Below, one piece after another: positions 1 to 10,300 of a DNA stretch of 56,932 nucleotides. The notes below the pieces were generated by a model. That model saw only the letters and a list, made by a program, of their open reading frames with translations, had not been told where the DNA came from and did not search any database. The translations under genes were made by a program, and so were the position numbers. The DNA is from a virus (taxonomy: Duplodnaviria; Caudoviricetes): positions 1 to 56,932 of the IMG/VR virus record IMGVR_UViG_3300032294_002078. One strand, 5' to 3'. Every line of letters begins with the position of its first letter. The first letter of the stretch is position 1.

Positions 1-2
1 AA

Positions 3-1637
3 GCTAATTTAACATTTGATGGAACGACACTTACAGTTACTGGAAATATTGTAGCTCAAACTTTAAATGTACAAGAAGTTACTTCTTCTAGAGAATTTAT
101 AACTGGGTCCAGTGTTAATGGATCGCTATTAACAAATACGCATCAGTTTACCGGATCTGTATCAATTACAGGATCACTGAGAATACCTACGGCTACCGCT
201 AATCCGACTGGAACTACAGTTGGTCAAATATACTATAATACTACAGACAATAACATTTATAGATTTAACGGTTCTACATGGTTATCAGCTGCTGGTTCAA
301 GCGGTACTTCCGGTTCATCAGGAACTAGTGGTAGTTCAGGTAGCACTGGAACTTCTGGTTCATCAGGCACATCTGGATCTACGGGCACATCTGGATCTTC
401 TGGGTCTAGTGGTACATCCGGATCTTCTGGTACATCAGGTGCAAATGGAGCAAATGGTACTAGTGGTTCTAGTGGATCTAGCGGCACGTCTGGTGCAAAT
501 GGAGCAAATGGTACATCAGGATCAAGTGGAACTAGTGGTTCATCTGGCACATCTGGATCTAGCGGAACTTCTGGTAGCTCAGGTTCAACAGGAACTTCAG
601 GTAGTTCTGGATCATCAGGTACATCAGGATCAAGTGGCACGTCTGGCACAGGATTCAATACTATAACAAATCCAGTTGACAATAGAGTATTAACTTCTTT
701 AGGCACAACTAATACTGCAAATGCAGAAGCTAATCTAACTTTTGATGGAAGTTCTTTGATACTAACAGGATCTTTAACAAGTAGTAATGATATCAGAGTT
801 AGTGGTATAACTGTAGGTAGAGGCGGTGGTAATCAATCTCAAAATACTGCAATCGGTGCAGATGCTTTAAGACTTAACACAACTCAGATTTTTAATACAG
901 CAGTAGGTGCAAGCGCTCTAATATCTTCTTCTGGTGGTAGTGGTGGTAATACCGCTGTAGGTGCTGTTAGTATGAGGTTCACTACAGTAGGATCAAATAA
1001 TTCTGCATTTGGATATGGTTCATTATTTGATAATATAAGTGGAAATACTAATAGTGCATTTGGGTATAGTGCTTTAGGAGGTAATACTGACGGAACTTTT
1101 AATGTAGGAATTGGAGCATTTGCCGGTGATACTCTTTCTGATGGCGTTACTTTTAATACAACTTCTGATAATAGTGTATTCATTGGATATGCTGCATCTC
1201 CTTCACAAAGTAACGGTCAAAATGAAATTGTAATTGGTAGTAGTGCTATTGGTAATGGTTCAAATACAGTTACTTTAGGTAATACCAGTATTGTAAGAAC
1301 TGTGCTTAGAGGTAGCGTAGGTATAGGAGGAGTTGCTCAAATTAATGCTACTTCATCTATTACAACAACTGGAGCAGTAATAGTATCATCAATAAACACA
1401 GGATCTGCAACATCTGCATTCTATAATTATACTATAGCTTCTGGATCAAATGCAAGATCTGGTCAGATAATGTCTGTATGGAGTGGAACAACTATAAGAT
1501 ATACTGAGGTAACAACTACTGATATAGGAAATACAAACTCTGCTTTATTTGCAGTAGATATATCAGGAGCAAATGTACGACTTCAGTTTACATCATCAGG
1601 AGTTTGGAGAGTAAAAACTATTACTGATTTATTATAA
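3..1637 (+). CDS. 5'-truncated virion fibre protein with Gly-X-Ser collagen-like tract and YadA-head-like NTAxG repeats
   Basis: The frame of the 756..1637 ORF is open from position 3 (ANLTFDGTTLTVTGNIVAQTL...GQIYYNTT...WLSAAGSSGTSGSSGTS). (G-S/T-S, G-A-N)n tract at about 293-652. NTAIG/NTAVG/NSAFG repeats downstream. Confidence 0.8.
   Translation, partial: ANLTFDGTTLTVTGNIVAQTLNVQEVTSSREFITGSSVNGSLLTNTHQFTGSVSITGSLRIPTATANPTGTTVGQIYYNTTDNNIYRFNGSTWLSAAGSSGTSGSSGTSGSSGSTGTSGSSGTSGSTGTSGSSGSSGTSGSSGTSGANGANGTSGSSGSSGTSGANGANGTSGSSGTSGSSGTSGSSGTSGSSGSTGTSGSSGSSGTSGSSGTSGTGFNTITNPVDNRVLTSLGTTNTANAEANLTFDGSSLILTGSLTSSNDIRVSGITVGRGGGNQSQNTAIGADALRLNTTQIFNTAVGASALISSSGGSGGNTAVGAVSMRFTTVGSNNSAFGYGSLFDNISGNTNSAFGYSALGGNTDGTFNVGIGAFAGDTLSDGVTFNTTSDNSVFIGYAASPSQSNGQNEIVIGSSAIGNGSNTVTLGNTSIVRTVLRGSVGIGGVAQINATSSITTTGAVIVSSINTGSATSAFYNYTIASGSNARSGQIMSVWSGTTIRYTEVTTTDIGNTNSALFAVDISGANVRLQFTSSGVWRVKTITDLL
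293..652 (+). repeat. Collagen-like Gly-X-Y coding repeat (GTS/GSS/GAN), no proline
   Basis: 9-nt periodicity with Gly at every third codon; synonymous codons vary between units. Confidence 0.9.
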
Positions 1638-1648
1638 AATAAAGGCGT

Positions 1649-2314
1649 ATGTCATTTGGAAATGGACCAAATATGGTTACTAGTGGATTGGCAATATGTT
1701 TAGATGCTGCTGATAGAAATTCTTATCCTGGTAGTGGAACTACTTGGTTTGATTTAGGAGTTGGTCGTGATAATAGTATTTTAACTAATGGACCTATTTT
1801 TAATCCTGATAATGGAGGAAGTATTGTTTTTGATGGAGTTGATGATTTTGGGGCATCTACAGATTCAGTAAGCTTTCTTCTAACAGTATCTATGTGGGTT
1901 TATAAAACATCCACTGCACCTAATCAAGGGCTTAGTACTAGAAATAATACTATATGGGGAACAGCTCAAATTAGTGGTAGTTTTAGAGTATTTGTATCAA
2001 CAGTTGGCTCGTATACAGATACAGGATATATAATACCTTTAAATGAATGGACAAATATTGTTTATACTTATGCTGGTACTGCATTAAGTGGTTCTCAAAT
2101 TGTTTATGCAAATGGAACAAATGTATTTAGTAATTCAGCTGGGACTGGTTCTCTTTTTGGAGGAAGACTTCGTGGAAATCCTATTCTTGTAGGAGCTAAT
2201 GCTAATGGATATTGGGGAGGCAGAATAGCACAAGTTTACCTATATAACCGCCCCCTTTCAGAATCAGAAGTATTACAAAACTATAACGCACAAAAATCAC
2301 GCTTCGGCTTATAA
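1649..2314 (+). CDS. LamG/concanavalin A-like lectin domain virion protein (paralogue 1)
   Basis: GLAICLDAADRNSYPGSGTTWFDL, FDGVDD, WTNIVYTY, YNRPLSESEVLQNYNA pattern typical of phage LamG-like proteins. Confidence 0.8.
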   Translation: MSFGNGPNMVTSGLAICLDAADRNSYPGSGTTWFDLGVGRDNSILTNGPIFNPDNGGSIVFDGVDDFGASTDSVSFLLTVSMWVYKTSTAPNQGLSTRNNTIWGTAQISGSFRVFVSTVGSYTDTGYIIPLNEWTNIVYTYAGTALSGSQIVYANGTNVFSNSAGTGSLFGGRLRGNPILVGANANGYWGGRIAQVYLYNRPLSESEVLQNYNAQKSRFGL

Positions 2315-2316
2315 CT

Positions 2317-3030
2317 ATGGGAGTAGCAGGTGGACCAGATATAATTCAAAATGGATTAATATTATCGGTAGATGCTGCTGATAGAAATTCTTATTCTAGT
2401 AGTAGTACAGTTTGGACAGATTTATCAGGTAATAATAATAATAGTACTTTAATTAATGGCCCTACATTTAATTCTGCTAATGGAGGTAGTATTGTATTTG
2501 ATGGAATAGATGATCACACTACAGCATCAGATAGCACGAGTCTTAGACCAACATCTTTTAGTATTGATACTTGGATTAGAGCTACTTCTTTTGGTTCATT
2601 TAATACAGTAGTAGTAAAACCTTTTAATGGTCCTCCTTGGACTGCACCTTTTTTATCTTACATGGTAAGGATAGAAACTAATGGAACTGTATTAAGTTGT
2701 GGTACAAATACTGGAGGCACTTATAGAACATTATCTACAAGCTATACTTTTTTAACTAATACAATATACAATATAGTTTTTACCTTTAATAGTTCTACAG
2801 GAGCTGCTATATCTTATATAAATGGAAGTGTATTGTCATCTATAACCCACCCAGCAGGAGCTATATCTTATTCTACACCTCCAGTATTAATAGCAGCCGC
2901 TTATGGTGCAAGTCCTATTGGAGAACTTTTTGCGGGTAATATATATAATGTAAAAATATATAATACAGTATTAACAGCAGCAAATATTACTCAAAATTAC
3001 AACGCATTAAAATCAAGATTCAATCTATAA
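2317..3030 (+). CDS. LamG-like lectin domain virion protein (paralogue 2)
   Basis: Same N- and C-terminal motifs (DAADRNSY, FDGIDD, YNTVLT...QNYNALKSRF). Confidence 0.8.
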   Translation: MGVAGGPDIIQNGLILSVDAADRNSYSSSSTVWTDLSGNNNNSTLINGPTFNSANGGSIVFDGIDDHTTASDSTSLRPTSFSIDTWIRATSFGSFNTVVVKPFNGPPWTAPFLSYMVRIETNGTVLSCGTNTGGTYRTLSTSYTFLTNTIYNIVFTFNSSTGAAISYINGSVLSSITHPAGAISYSTPPVLIAAAYGASPIGELFAGNIYNVKIYNTVLTAANITQNYNALKSRFNL

Positions 3031-3034
3031 AGTT

Positions 3035-3727
3035 ATGGCAACACAATTCGCATTTGGTAAAATAGTAACAGACGGATTAGTATTAGCATTAGATGCTGCT
3101 GATAAGAATTCCTATCCTGGTAGTGGAACTACTTGGGGAGATTTAGCTGGAAGTAATAATGGTACTTTAACTAATGGACCCACTTTTAATTCTGCCAATG
3201 GTGGAAGTATTGTGTTTGATGGTATAGATGACTTTGTATTAGGAGGATCAAATTTACCTATATCAGGCGATCCTTCATTTACTATTTCTTATTTTGCAAT
3301 ATGGAATGGTTCTGTTTTTTCAACTAACTATCCTTCGGGGGTAGGAAATAATTCTACAGGAAATACTAATCAAGGACTTAGTACTACTTGGAATGAAGGA
3401 AGAATAGCTTTAGATTTTTGGGTTAATAGATTTAGAGATAATACAGCACTAAATGTTCAAACTTGGTATAATGTAACGTTTACTAAAACACCAGGATTAA
3501 TAGGATCTACAACTAAATTATATGTAAATGGACAAGAAAGAGTTGGAACTGTAGAAGGTACAAATACAACTCCCAATATTACTATAAGTCCATATGTAGT
3601 AGGCAGGCTAGATGCTACTAGGTGGTTTAATGGAAGAATAGCAAACGTACAAATATACAACAGAGAACTTTCACTATCAGAAATTCTACAAAACTATAAC
3701 GCACAAAAATCACGATTTAATTTATAA
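3035..3727 (+). CDS. LamG-like lectin domain virion protein (paralogue 3)
   Basis: DGLVLALDAADKNSYPGSGTTW, WYNVTFT, LYVNG, YNRELSLSEILQNYNA. Confidence 0.8.
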   Translation: MATQFAFGKIVTDGLVLALDAADKNSYPGSGTTWGDLAGSNNGTLTNGPTFNSANGGSIVFDGIDDFVLGGSNLPISGDPSFTISYFAIWNGSVFSTNYPSGVGNNSTGNTNQGLSTTWNEGRIALDFWVNRFRDNTALNVQTWYNVTFTKTPGLIGSTTKLYVNGQERVGTVEGTNTTPNITISPYVVGRLDATRWFNGRIANVQIYNRELSLSEILQNYNAQKSRFNL

Positions 3728-3730
3728 ACT

Positions 3731-4006
3731 ATGTCATACGAAAACAGAGAATTCATGATCTTTAACGTATCAGAATTACCACAAATCGACTTTACTCAAG
3801 TATTAGAAACATCTATTGATACAGTAAGAAAATCAGTAGATGAAACAAAAACATTTGTAAAATGGGAAGGACCAACAATTCCTTCATCAGTAGATTCATT
3901 AACTACTAAAGAAGGTCCATACAATTATAATGAAATCCTAACTATTTTAGCAACTCCTGAATGGAGTAATCCTAATCCTAATCCAAATCCAATTGTAATT
4001 CCTTAA
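3731..4006 (+). CDS. Small hypothetical protein following the LamG array
   Basis: Clean 91-aa ORF tightly packed after paralogue 3; ends in NPNPNPNP. Confidence 0.7.
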   Translation: MSYENREFMIFNVSELPQIDFTQVLETSIDTVRKSVDETKTFVKWEGPTIPSSVDSLTTKEGPYNYNEILTILATPEWSNPNPNPNPIVIP

Positions 4007-4047
4007 TATTTATTCATAGCTGTCGGAAAGTGAAAACAGTATAAAAC

Positions 4048-6255
4048 ATGCCAAACGAATTTAAAGTCAAAAATGGCCTACTTGTTAGTGGGTCAGCTAA
4101 CATCAATGCTTCAGGATCTGAAGTTTTTTCAGTAGATGGAACATCAGGTCGCTTATTCCAAGTAGATGACTCACTTTCTGGTTCTTTATTTTCGGTTAAT
4201 ACAGCAGCGGGTCTTCCTTTAATCGAAGCTTTTTCTAACAATACAGTTCGTATTGGTCAATTTGGTCAAGTTCCTTTTAATATTTCTCAATCAAGAGTAG
4301 GTATAGGAAAATTATTAGATTTAAATTCTATTTTAGATATTTTTGGCACTGCTACTATAACAGGAAGTCTTATTGTTAGTAGTAGTGCTACTATGTTAGG
4401 TTCACTTTCAGCTCCAAATATTACAGGTTCATTATTTGGAACAGCATCATTTGCAGTATCTGCATCGTGGGCACCAAGCTCAGGCGGCGGAGGTGGAACA
4501 TCAGGTACTAGCGGTACATCAGGCACTTCTGGTTCTAGTGGAACTTCTGGTGCTAATGGAGCTAATGGAACTAGTGGTTCATCTGGCACATCAGGAGCTA
4601 ATGGAGCAAATGGTACTTCTGGCTCATCTGGCACTTCCGGATCTAGTGGAAGCTCAGGTACATCAGGGGCAAACGGAGCAAACGGCACTAGCGGTTCTTC
4701 AGGATCTAGTGGTACAAGCGGTGCTAATGGAGCAAATGGTACTAGTGGTTCTAGTGGAACGTCTGGTTCAAGTGGAACATCTGGTTCAACTACAATACTT
4801 ACTGTAGCTAATAATGGAACTATTCAAGGAACAGCTAATTTCTTGAATTTTACAACTAATATGACAGCTACTGTATCTAATAGTACTGCTTCTATTAGTT
4901 CAACTGGAGGCGGTGGTGGTGGAACACCTGGTGGTGCAAATACAACTGTTCAATTCAATGATGCAGGAGCATTTAGTGGGTCAGGTAACTTTACATTTAC
5001 TAAAGCAACTAATACAGTACAAATACAAGGTAGCGGATCTGTATTATTAAGAGTAACAGGAAGTAGAGGAGATCTATTAAGAGTATTAGATAGTGGATCA
5101 AACTCTCCTGTATTAGCTACTCTATCTTCTGGTAGTGTGAATGTATTCACATTTACTACTTCATCACTTTTAATTACAGGATCAATAAATGCAAGTATAG
5201 AAACAGACGCAGTACATTATGGAAGAATAGTTGTAACTCCTGCAACAAATCAAAATGACTATTCTCCAACAGGATGGAACGATGCAGATCCTGCAAAAGC
5301 AACTACAATTAATATAAATGCAGGTGCATCTATTAAAATAACAGGACTAGCCGGCGGTGTTGCTGGTAGATTGGCAATATTAAAAAATGCATCTACAGAT
5401 AGATTAATTATATTAGAAGACGAATCAGCATCTTCAACAGCAGCAAATAGATTTGATTTTAGAAATCCTATATTCTTACTTCCAAACGGTAGCGCTACTT
5501 TATTATATGATGGAATTGATTCTAGATGGCAACCTATAGCAACATCGGGTGGTATTGGTTTTGGTGCATTCTTTGATACTTATGATGATTTTATAGGTGC
5601 AACAGATGTATTTACTACTACGGCAACTGAAGTTGGTAGATTCGCAGGAATAGCTGCTGGTACAGCTGCTGGTGGAACTATTAGTAACTATTTAATTAAT
5701 ACAACAGAAAAACCTTTAGGAGTATATCGTATATCCACTGGAACTACTAATACAGGAAGAGCTATTTTAGGATCTGTTGATGGATCGTCTGTTATACCTG
5801 CTAATGGTCAAGCAGTGTTTTTATGTAGAATGGCAGTAGAAACTCTATCTGATGCTACTAATGAATATCAAATATTTGCAGGATTTCAAGATTCGGTAGG
5901 TACTACCAACGTTACAGATGGTGTTTATTGGACATACACTAGAACAGCAAGTACAGCATGGCAAGGAGCAACAGCAAATAACTCAACAAGAACTACTACT
6001 GGTGCAGCAGGACCTACTGTTGATACTAACTATATTTGGTTAGGAATATATGTAAACCCAACTTGGGCAAGAGCAACATATTTTTACTCAACAGATAGTA
6101 TTACATGGATTATAGCAGGTGAAATAACAACCAACCTACCTCCACAAACTAGAGCTACAGGTTTAGGAGTAACAATAAATAAAACAGCAGGTACAACTGC
6201 AAGAAGTGGATCAATAGATTTAATGGCTTATAGATATGACATTACAAGAGGATAA
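4048..6255 (+). CDS. Virion fibre protein with Gly-X-Ser collagen-like tract and beta-rich C-terminal head
   Basis: 735 aa; GTSGSS/GANGAN tract at about 4495-4788; TGS-rich fibre motifs; C-terminal lectin-like beta domain. Confidence 0.75.
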   Translation: MPNEFKVKNGLLVSGSANINASGSEVFSVDGTSGRLFQVDDSLSGSLFSVNTAAGLPLIEAFSNNTVRIGQFGQVPFNISQSRVGIGKLLDLNSILDIFGTATITGSLIVSSSATMLGSLSAPNITGSLFGTASFAVSASWAPSSGGGGGTSGTSGTSGTSGSSGTSGANGANGTSGSSGTSGANGANGTSGSSGTSGSSGSSGTSGANGANGTSGSSGSSGTSGANGANGTSGSSGTSGSSGTSGSTTILTVANNGTIQGTANFLNFTTNMTATVSNSTASISSTGGGGGGTPGGANTTVQFNDAGAFSGSGNFTFTKATNTVQIQGSGSVLLRVTGSRGDLLRVLDSGSNSPVLATLSSGSVNVFTFTTSSLLITGSINASIETDAVHYGRIVVTPATNQNDYSPTGWNDADPAKATTININAGASIKITGLAGGVAGRLAILKNASTDRLIILEDESASSTAANRFDFRNPIFLLPNGSATLLYDGIDSRWQPIATSGGIGFGAFFDTYDDFIGATDVFTTTATEVGRFAGIAAGTAAGGTISNYLINTTEKPLGVYRISTGTTNTGRAILGSVDGSSVIPANGQAVFLCRMAVETLSDATNEYQIFAGFQDSVGTTNVTDGVYWTYTRTASTAWQGATANNSTRTTTGAAGPTVDTNYIWLGIYVNPTWARATYFYSTDSITWIIAGEITTNLPPQTRATGLGVTINKTAGTTARSGSIDLMAYRYDITRG
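4495..4788 (+). repeat. Collagen-like Gly-X-Y coding repeat (GTS/GSS/GAN)
   Basis: Gly at every third residue; GANGANGTS units. Confidence 0.9.
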
Positions 6256-6266
6256 AATAATTAATT

Positions 6267-6464
6267 ATGAATAGACTTTTAATAACAGGAACAGATATAG
6301 AATGGACAATTCAAAATATTGCTAACAGCTGGATGATAGAAGGATTATATAGCTCAGTTAAAGTAGTAAAAGAATCAACTACATATAAAGTAGTAAGTTT
6401 AGATGATTCAATTACATATTGTGAAATTCCAATTTATAATACAGTTATAAAATATAGTATTTAA
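6267..6464 (+). CDS. Small hypothetical protein, possibly fibre-associated
   Basis: 65-aa ORF packed between fibre genes. Confidence 0.6.
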   Translation: MNRLLITGTDIEWTIQNIANSWMIEGLYSSVKVVKESTTYKVVSLDDSITYCEIPIYNTVIKYSI

Positions 6465-6465
6465 A

Positions 6466-7320
6466 ATGTCTCTTTTTACTATATTTGATGGATCTTTTAT
6501 ACAAGAAAGAGGTACTTTTGAAATAGGATCTGCTATAAGAATTCGTCCTAGTACATCATCTATTTTTACAACTACAGGAATAAACAACTTTACTGTACCT
6601 GCTGGAATTACTGAAATCTATACAGTTTTAGTAGGTGGAGGAGGTGGAGGCGCTGGTTCTGAAGGAGATAGAAACCAAGGTTATGGAGGTGGTGGCGGAG
6701 GCGCATTTGCTTACGGAACTATAACAACAACACCAGGACAAAATTTAATATTATTTGTAGGAGCGGGAGGTACCGCAGGTGCAAATGGTGGAGGAAATGG
6801 TGGAGCGGGCGGTGCTAGTTATGTCAGTTCATCTGCTGGTATATTAATTCAAGCAGGTGGTGGTGCTGGTGGATTAGAAAGAAGTACTACATCAGCAGCA
6901 GGAGGTATATCATCTGGTAGCTTTAGAACAGGTGGTGGAAATGGAGGAGCAGGTGGCGGTGCAACAGACAATAATCAAGGCGGTGGCGGTGGTGGCGCTG
7001 GTGGTTTTTCTGGTAATGGTGGTGCTGGAGGAGGTACTGGTGCTGGATCAAATGGTGCCGGCGGTGGTGGCGGAGGAGGAGGCTCTACAAACTCTGGACA
7101 AGGATATGGTGGTGGCGGAGTAGGCATTCCTACTGAAGGTACAAGTGGAACCGGAGGTGCTCAAAATGCTGTTGGTACAGGAGGATCGGGAGGCGCAAAT
7201 GGAACAAGCCCTGCTGGTGGATTATACGGTGGTGGAGGAGGTGCCTGTGATGATGATACCTCAGGTCCAGGTGGTGCAGGTGCTCAAGGTGTAATTTATA
7301 TTTTTTATTTTACAGGATAA
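6466..7320 (+). CDS. Glycine-rich domain protein (polyglycine adhesin-like)
   Basis: FTVPAGIT.I...LVGGGGGG...VGAGG...GAGAQGVIYI pattern with many Gly runs. Confidence 0.75.
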   Translation: MSLFTIFDGSFIQERGTFEIGSAIRIRPSTSSIFTTTGINNFTVPAGITEIYTVLVGGGGGGAGSEGDRNQGYGGGGGGAFAYGTITTTPGQNLILFVGAGGTAGANGGGNGGAGGASYVSSSAGILIQAGGGAGGLERSTTSAAGGISSGSFRTGGGNGGAGGGATDNNQGGGGGGAGGFSGNGGAGGGTGAGSNGAGGGGGGGGSTNSGQGYGGGGVGIPTEGTSGTGGAQNAVGTGGSGGANGTSPAGGLYGGGGGACDDDTSGPGGAGAQGVIYIFYFTG

Positions 7321-7355
7321 AAATTTACATATTTATAATAACAGAATAATAAGTT

Positions 7356-10300
7356 ATGACAATATTTTTTATTGCTCCTCACCTATCTACAGGTGGAATG
7401 CCTCAATATCTTTATAAACAAATAGAGGCTTTATATAAAGAACACATAGTATATTGTTTAGAGTGGGATGATGTAACAGGAGGGAATCTTGTAGTTCAAA
7501 GAAATAGGATTAAGAACCTTTTAGGCAATAGACTTATAACTTTAGACCAAGATAAACACCATTTATTTAAGCTTATTGAAGAATTTAATCCAAGTGTAAT
7601 TCACCTTCAGGAAATACCTGAAATGTTTATGCCTATTGATGTAGCTGATAAATTCTATTCAATAAATAGAAAATATAAAATAATTGAAACATCTCACGAT
7701 TCTAGTTTTGACATAAGTAGAAAAATACACTTTCCAGATAAATTTATGATGGTAAGTCAATATCAAGTAGAGACTTATAAGCCATTAAATATTCCTATTG
7801 AACTAGTAGAATATCCTATAGAATATAAAACTAGAACTCATACTAGAGAGAAATTAATGAATAAATTAGGTTTAGATCCTAATAAAAAACATGTTATAAA
7901 TGTAGGATTATTTACTCCTAGAAAGAATCAAGCAGAAGTTATTGAATATGCTAGAACGCTTAAGGACTATCCTATTCAATTTCACTTTATAGGAAATCAA
8001 GCAGATAATTTTCAACATTATTGGCAACCTTTAATGAAAGATTTTCCTAGTAATTGTAAATGGTGGGGAGAAAGAAGTGATGTAGATACTTTTTTTGAAA
8101 TGGCTGACTTGTTTTTATTTACTTCTAGAGGTCATGCTACTGATAAAGAAACAATGCCTCTAGTAATTAGAGAAGCTATTAGTTGGAAAACACCGTCACT
8201 TATTTTTAATTTAGATGTTTATTTAGATTATTTTAATAAATTTAGTAATATAGACTATCTAGATTTTAATATTAAAGATGAAAATATAAAATTGATACTA
8301 AATAAATTAGGAATGGAAATAAATAAAGTAGACCAGGTTTTTGATATATCTGTAATCGCATCAGAAAATAAAATAAATATACAGTATAAAAAACATGAGC
8401 CTGTAATATATAAAGTATCAATAAAAGAAAAGTATTCTAATGCACCTTTATATTGGTTCAATGCAAATTTTGAAAATAGCTCTAGTTGGTGGGTAGTTCC
8501 AATTCCTACATCAGCATCTGATTTTAGTAAAGACTATGCTATAGGAACAATTTTAATAGAGTTTTATGACTTAAATAATAATTTAGTATTTTCAAAAGAT
8601 TTATTTATTAAAGATTCTGATCAAGATAAAATACATCTTAATTTAGATAATCCATTTGATTGTTTATTTAACAATTATAATGAGATGTTTTTAGAAAATA
8701 AATATGATTGTTATGAATTAGATACTTTAGATTTGGTTTTAGATATTGGTGCAAATAGCGGATTATTTTCGCTTTTATGCGCAAATAAAGGAGTTAAAAA
8801 GGTTTATGCATTTGAACCTAATAAAGAATCTTTAGTTAATTTAAATAGTGTAACAAAAAATTTAAGTGTAGAAATAGTAGAAAAAGCTGTTTATACTAAA
8901 GATGAAGATCTTAAATTTTATATAGATCCTACAAACACAACTATAGGAAGTCTATCAAAAGAACACCTAGAAATACACGCAACTTCATTAGAAGAAGTCA
9001 TAGTACCTGCAATATCTTTAAAAACATTTGTAAAACAAAATAATATTGATAAAATATCTTTAGTTAAAATAGATATAGAAGGAGCCGAATATGAAATTAT
9101 TGACGAATTAGAAGATGAAGTATTTAATATTATTGATGCATTTTTAATTGAATATCATGATAATAAAAATCAGAAAGTAAAAAAGTTAATAGATAAACTT
9201 GTTTCTAAAGGTTTTGATATAGATCAAATAAGAGACCAAAATTCTAAAAATAATCATAATATAAAAGATTCTTATGCTACAGCACCATTAGGAACAATTT
9301 ATGCTAAGAAGTCTATAGAAGAAAAATTACTTACTGTAGTTATTCCTACTTATAATCATGAAAAATATATAGAACAGTGTGTAGACAGCGTATTAAGACA
9401 AAAAACATTATTTAATTTTAATGTTTTAATATCTGATGATTGTTCTACAGACAGTACTTGGAAAATTCTTCAAAAATATAAAAATAATAAAAATGTTATT
9501 TTAAATAAAAATAAGATTAATCAAGGCGCTAGTTCTTTAATGGTATCAACATTACTTAAAAGAGTAAAATCTGAATACGTAACTATATTAGATGGAGATG
9601 ATTTTTATGTAGATGATTATAAACTACAAAAACAAATAGATTTTTTACAATCTAATTCAGAGTATTCTGTTTATAGTACTGGATATTTTCAAAAAGAAAC
9701 AGAAAATCCAGAAGAGGAATATACTAAATTTACTTGTTATGGTATAGAACCTGAGGTAGAGCTTTTAAATAATATAGAAGCTAATTATATGTCTTTTGGT
9801 TTTATGTTTAGAAATATTTTTAAACAAGAAAACTATTCTTTTCCTGAATGGTTTTTCCATGAAGATGTTTTTGATCCTTATTGGGCTTTACACTGCCTTT
9901 TGTTAGAAACAGGATCAGGAAGAAATGATAGATGGCCAGGAGGAGTTTATAGAATAACTCCAGGAGGAGCATACGGAGAAAAAGATTGGAATTGGAAAAT
10001 GGAAGTAGGAGCAAAACAATCTAAAATAATTAAAAATGCTTATAAAGATATAATAGATTTAAAAAATAAAATTAAACCTATTATAATAATTGATGCTTTT
10101 TTTCACGATAAAAAATGTTTTACTACATTTAAAAAAACCTTATCTAATTTAAAAAATACAAAGATTCCTATAATGTTAGTGACTAATAGTAAATTTAGTG
10201 AGTCATTAATAAATGAAGTTGATTACATATTATATGATAATAATAATAGACTATTTAAAAATGAATATGTAAGTGATGATACGGTATTTGTTTGGTATAA

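Noticed and set aside
220-706. ORF-track entries 220..666 (+) and 257..706 (-)
   Set aside because: Shadow frames of the Gly-X-Ser repeat; the real frame is 3..1637.
1649-3727. Possible diversity-generating retroelement acting on the lectin paralogues
   Set aside because: No reverse transcriptase in the window and no template/variable repeat pair differing only at adenines.
3968-3991. AATCCW hexamer microsatellite (NPNPNPNP)
   Set aside because: Short in-frame C-terminal low-complexity tail; changes in unit number would not shift the frame.
4287-4807. ORFs 4287..4688 (-) and 4436..4807 (+)
   Set aside because: Shadow frames of the second collagen-like tract.
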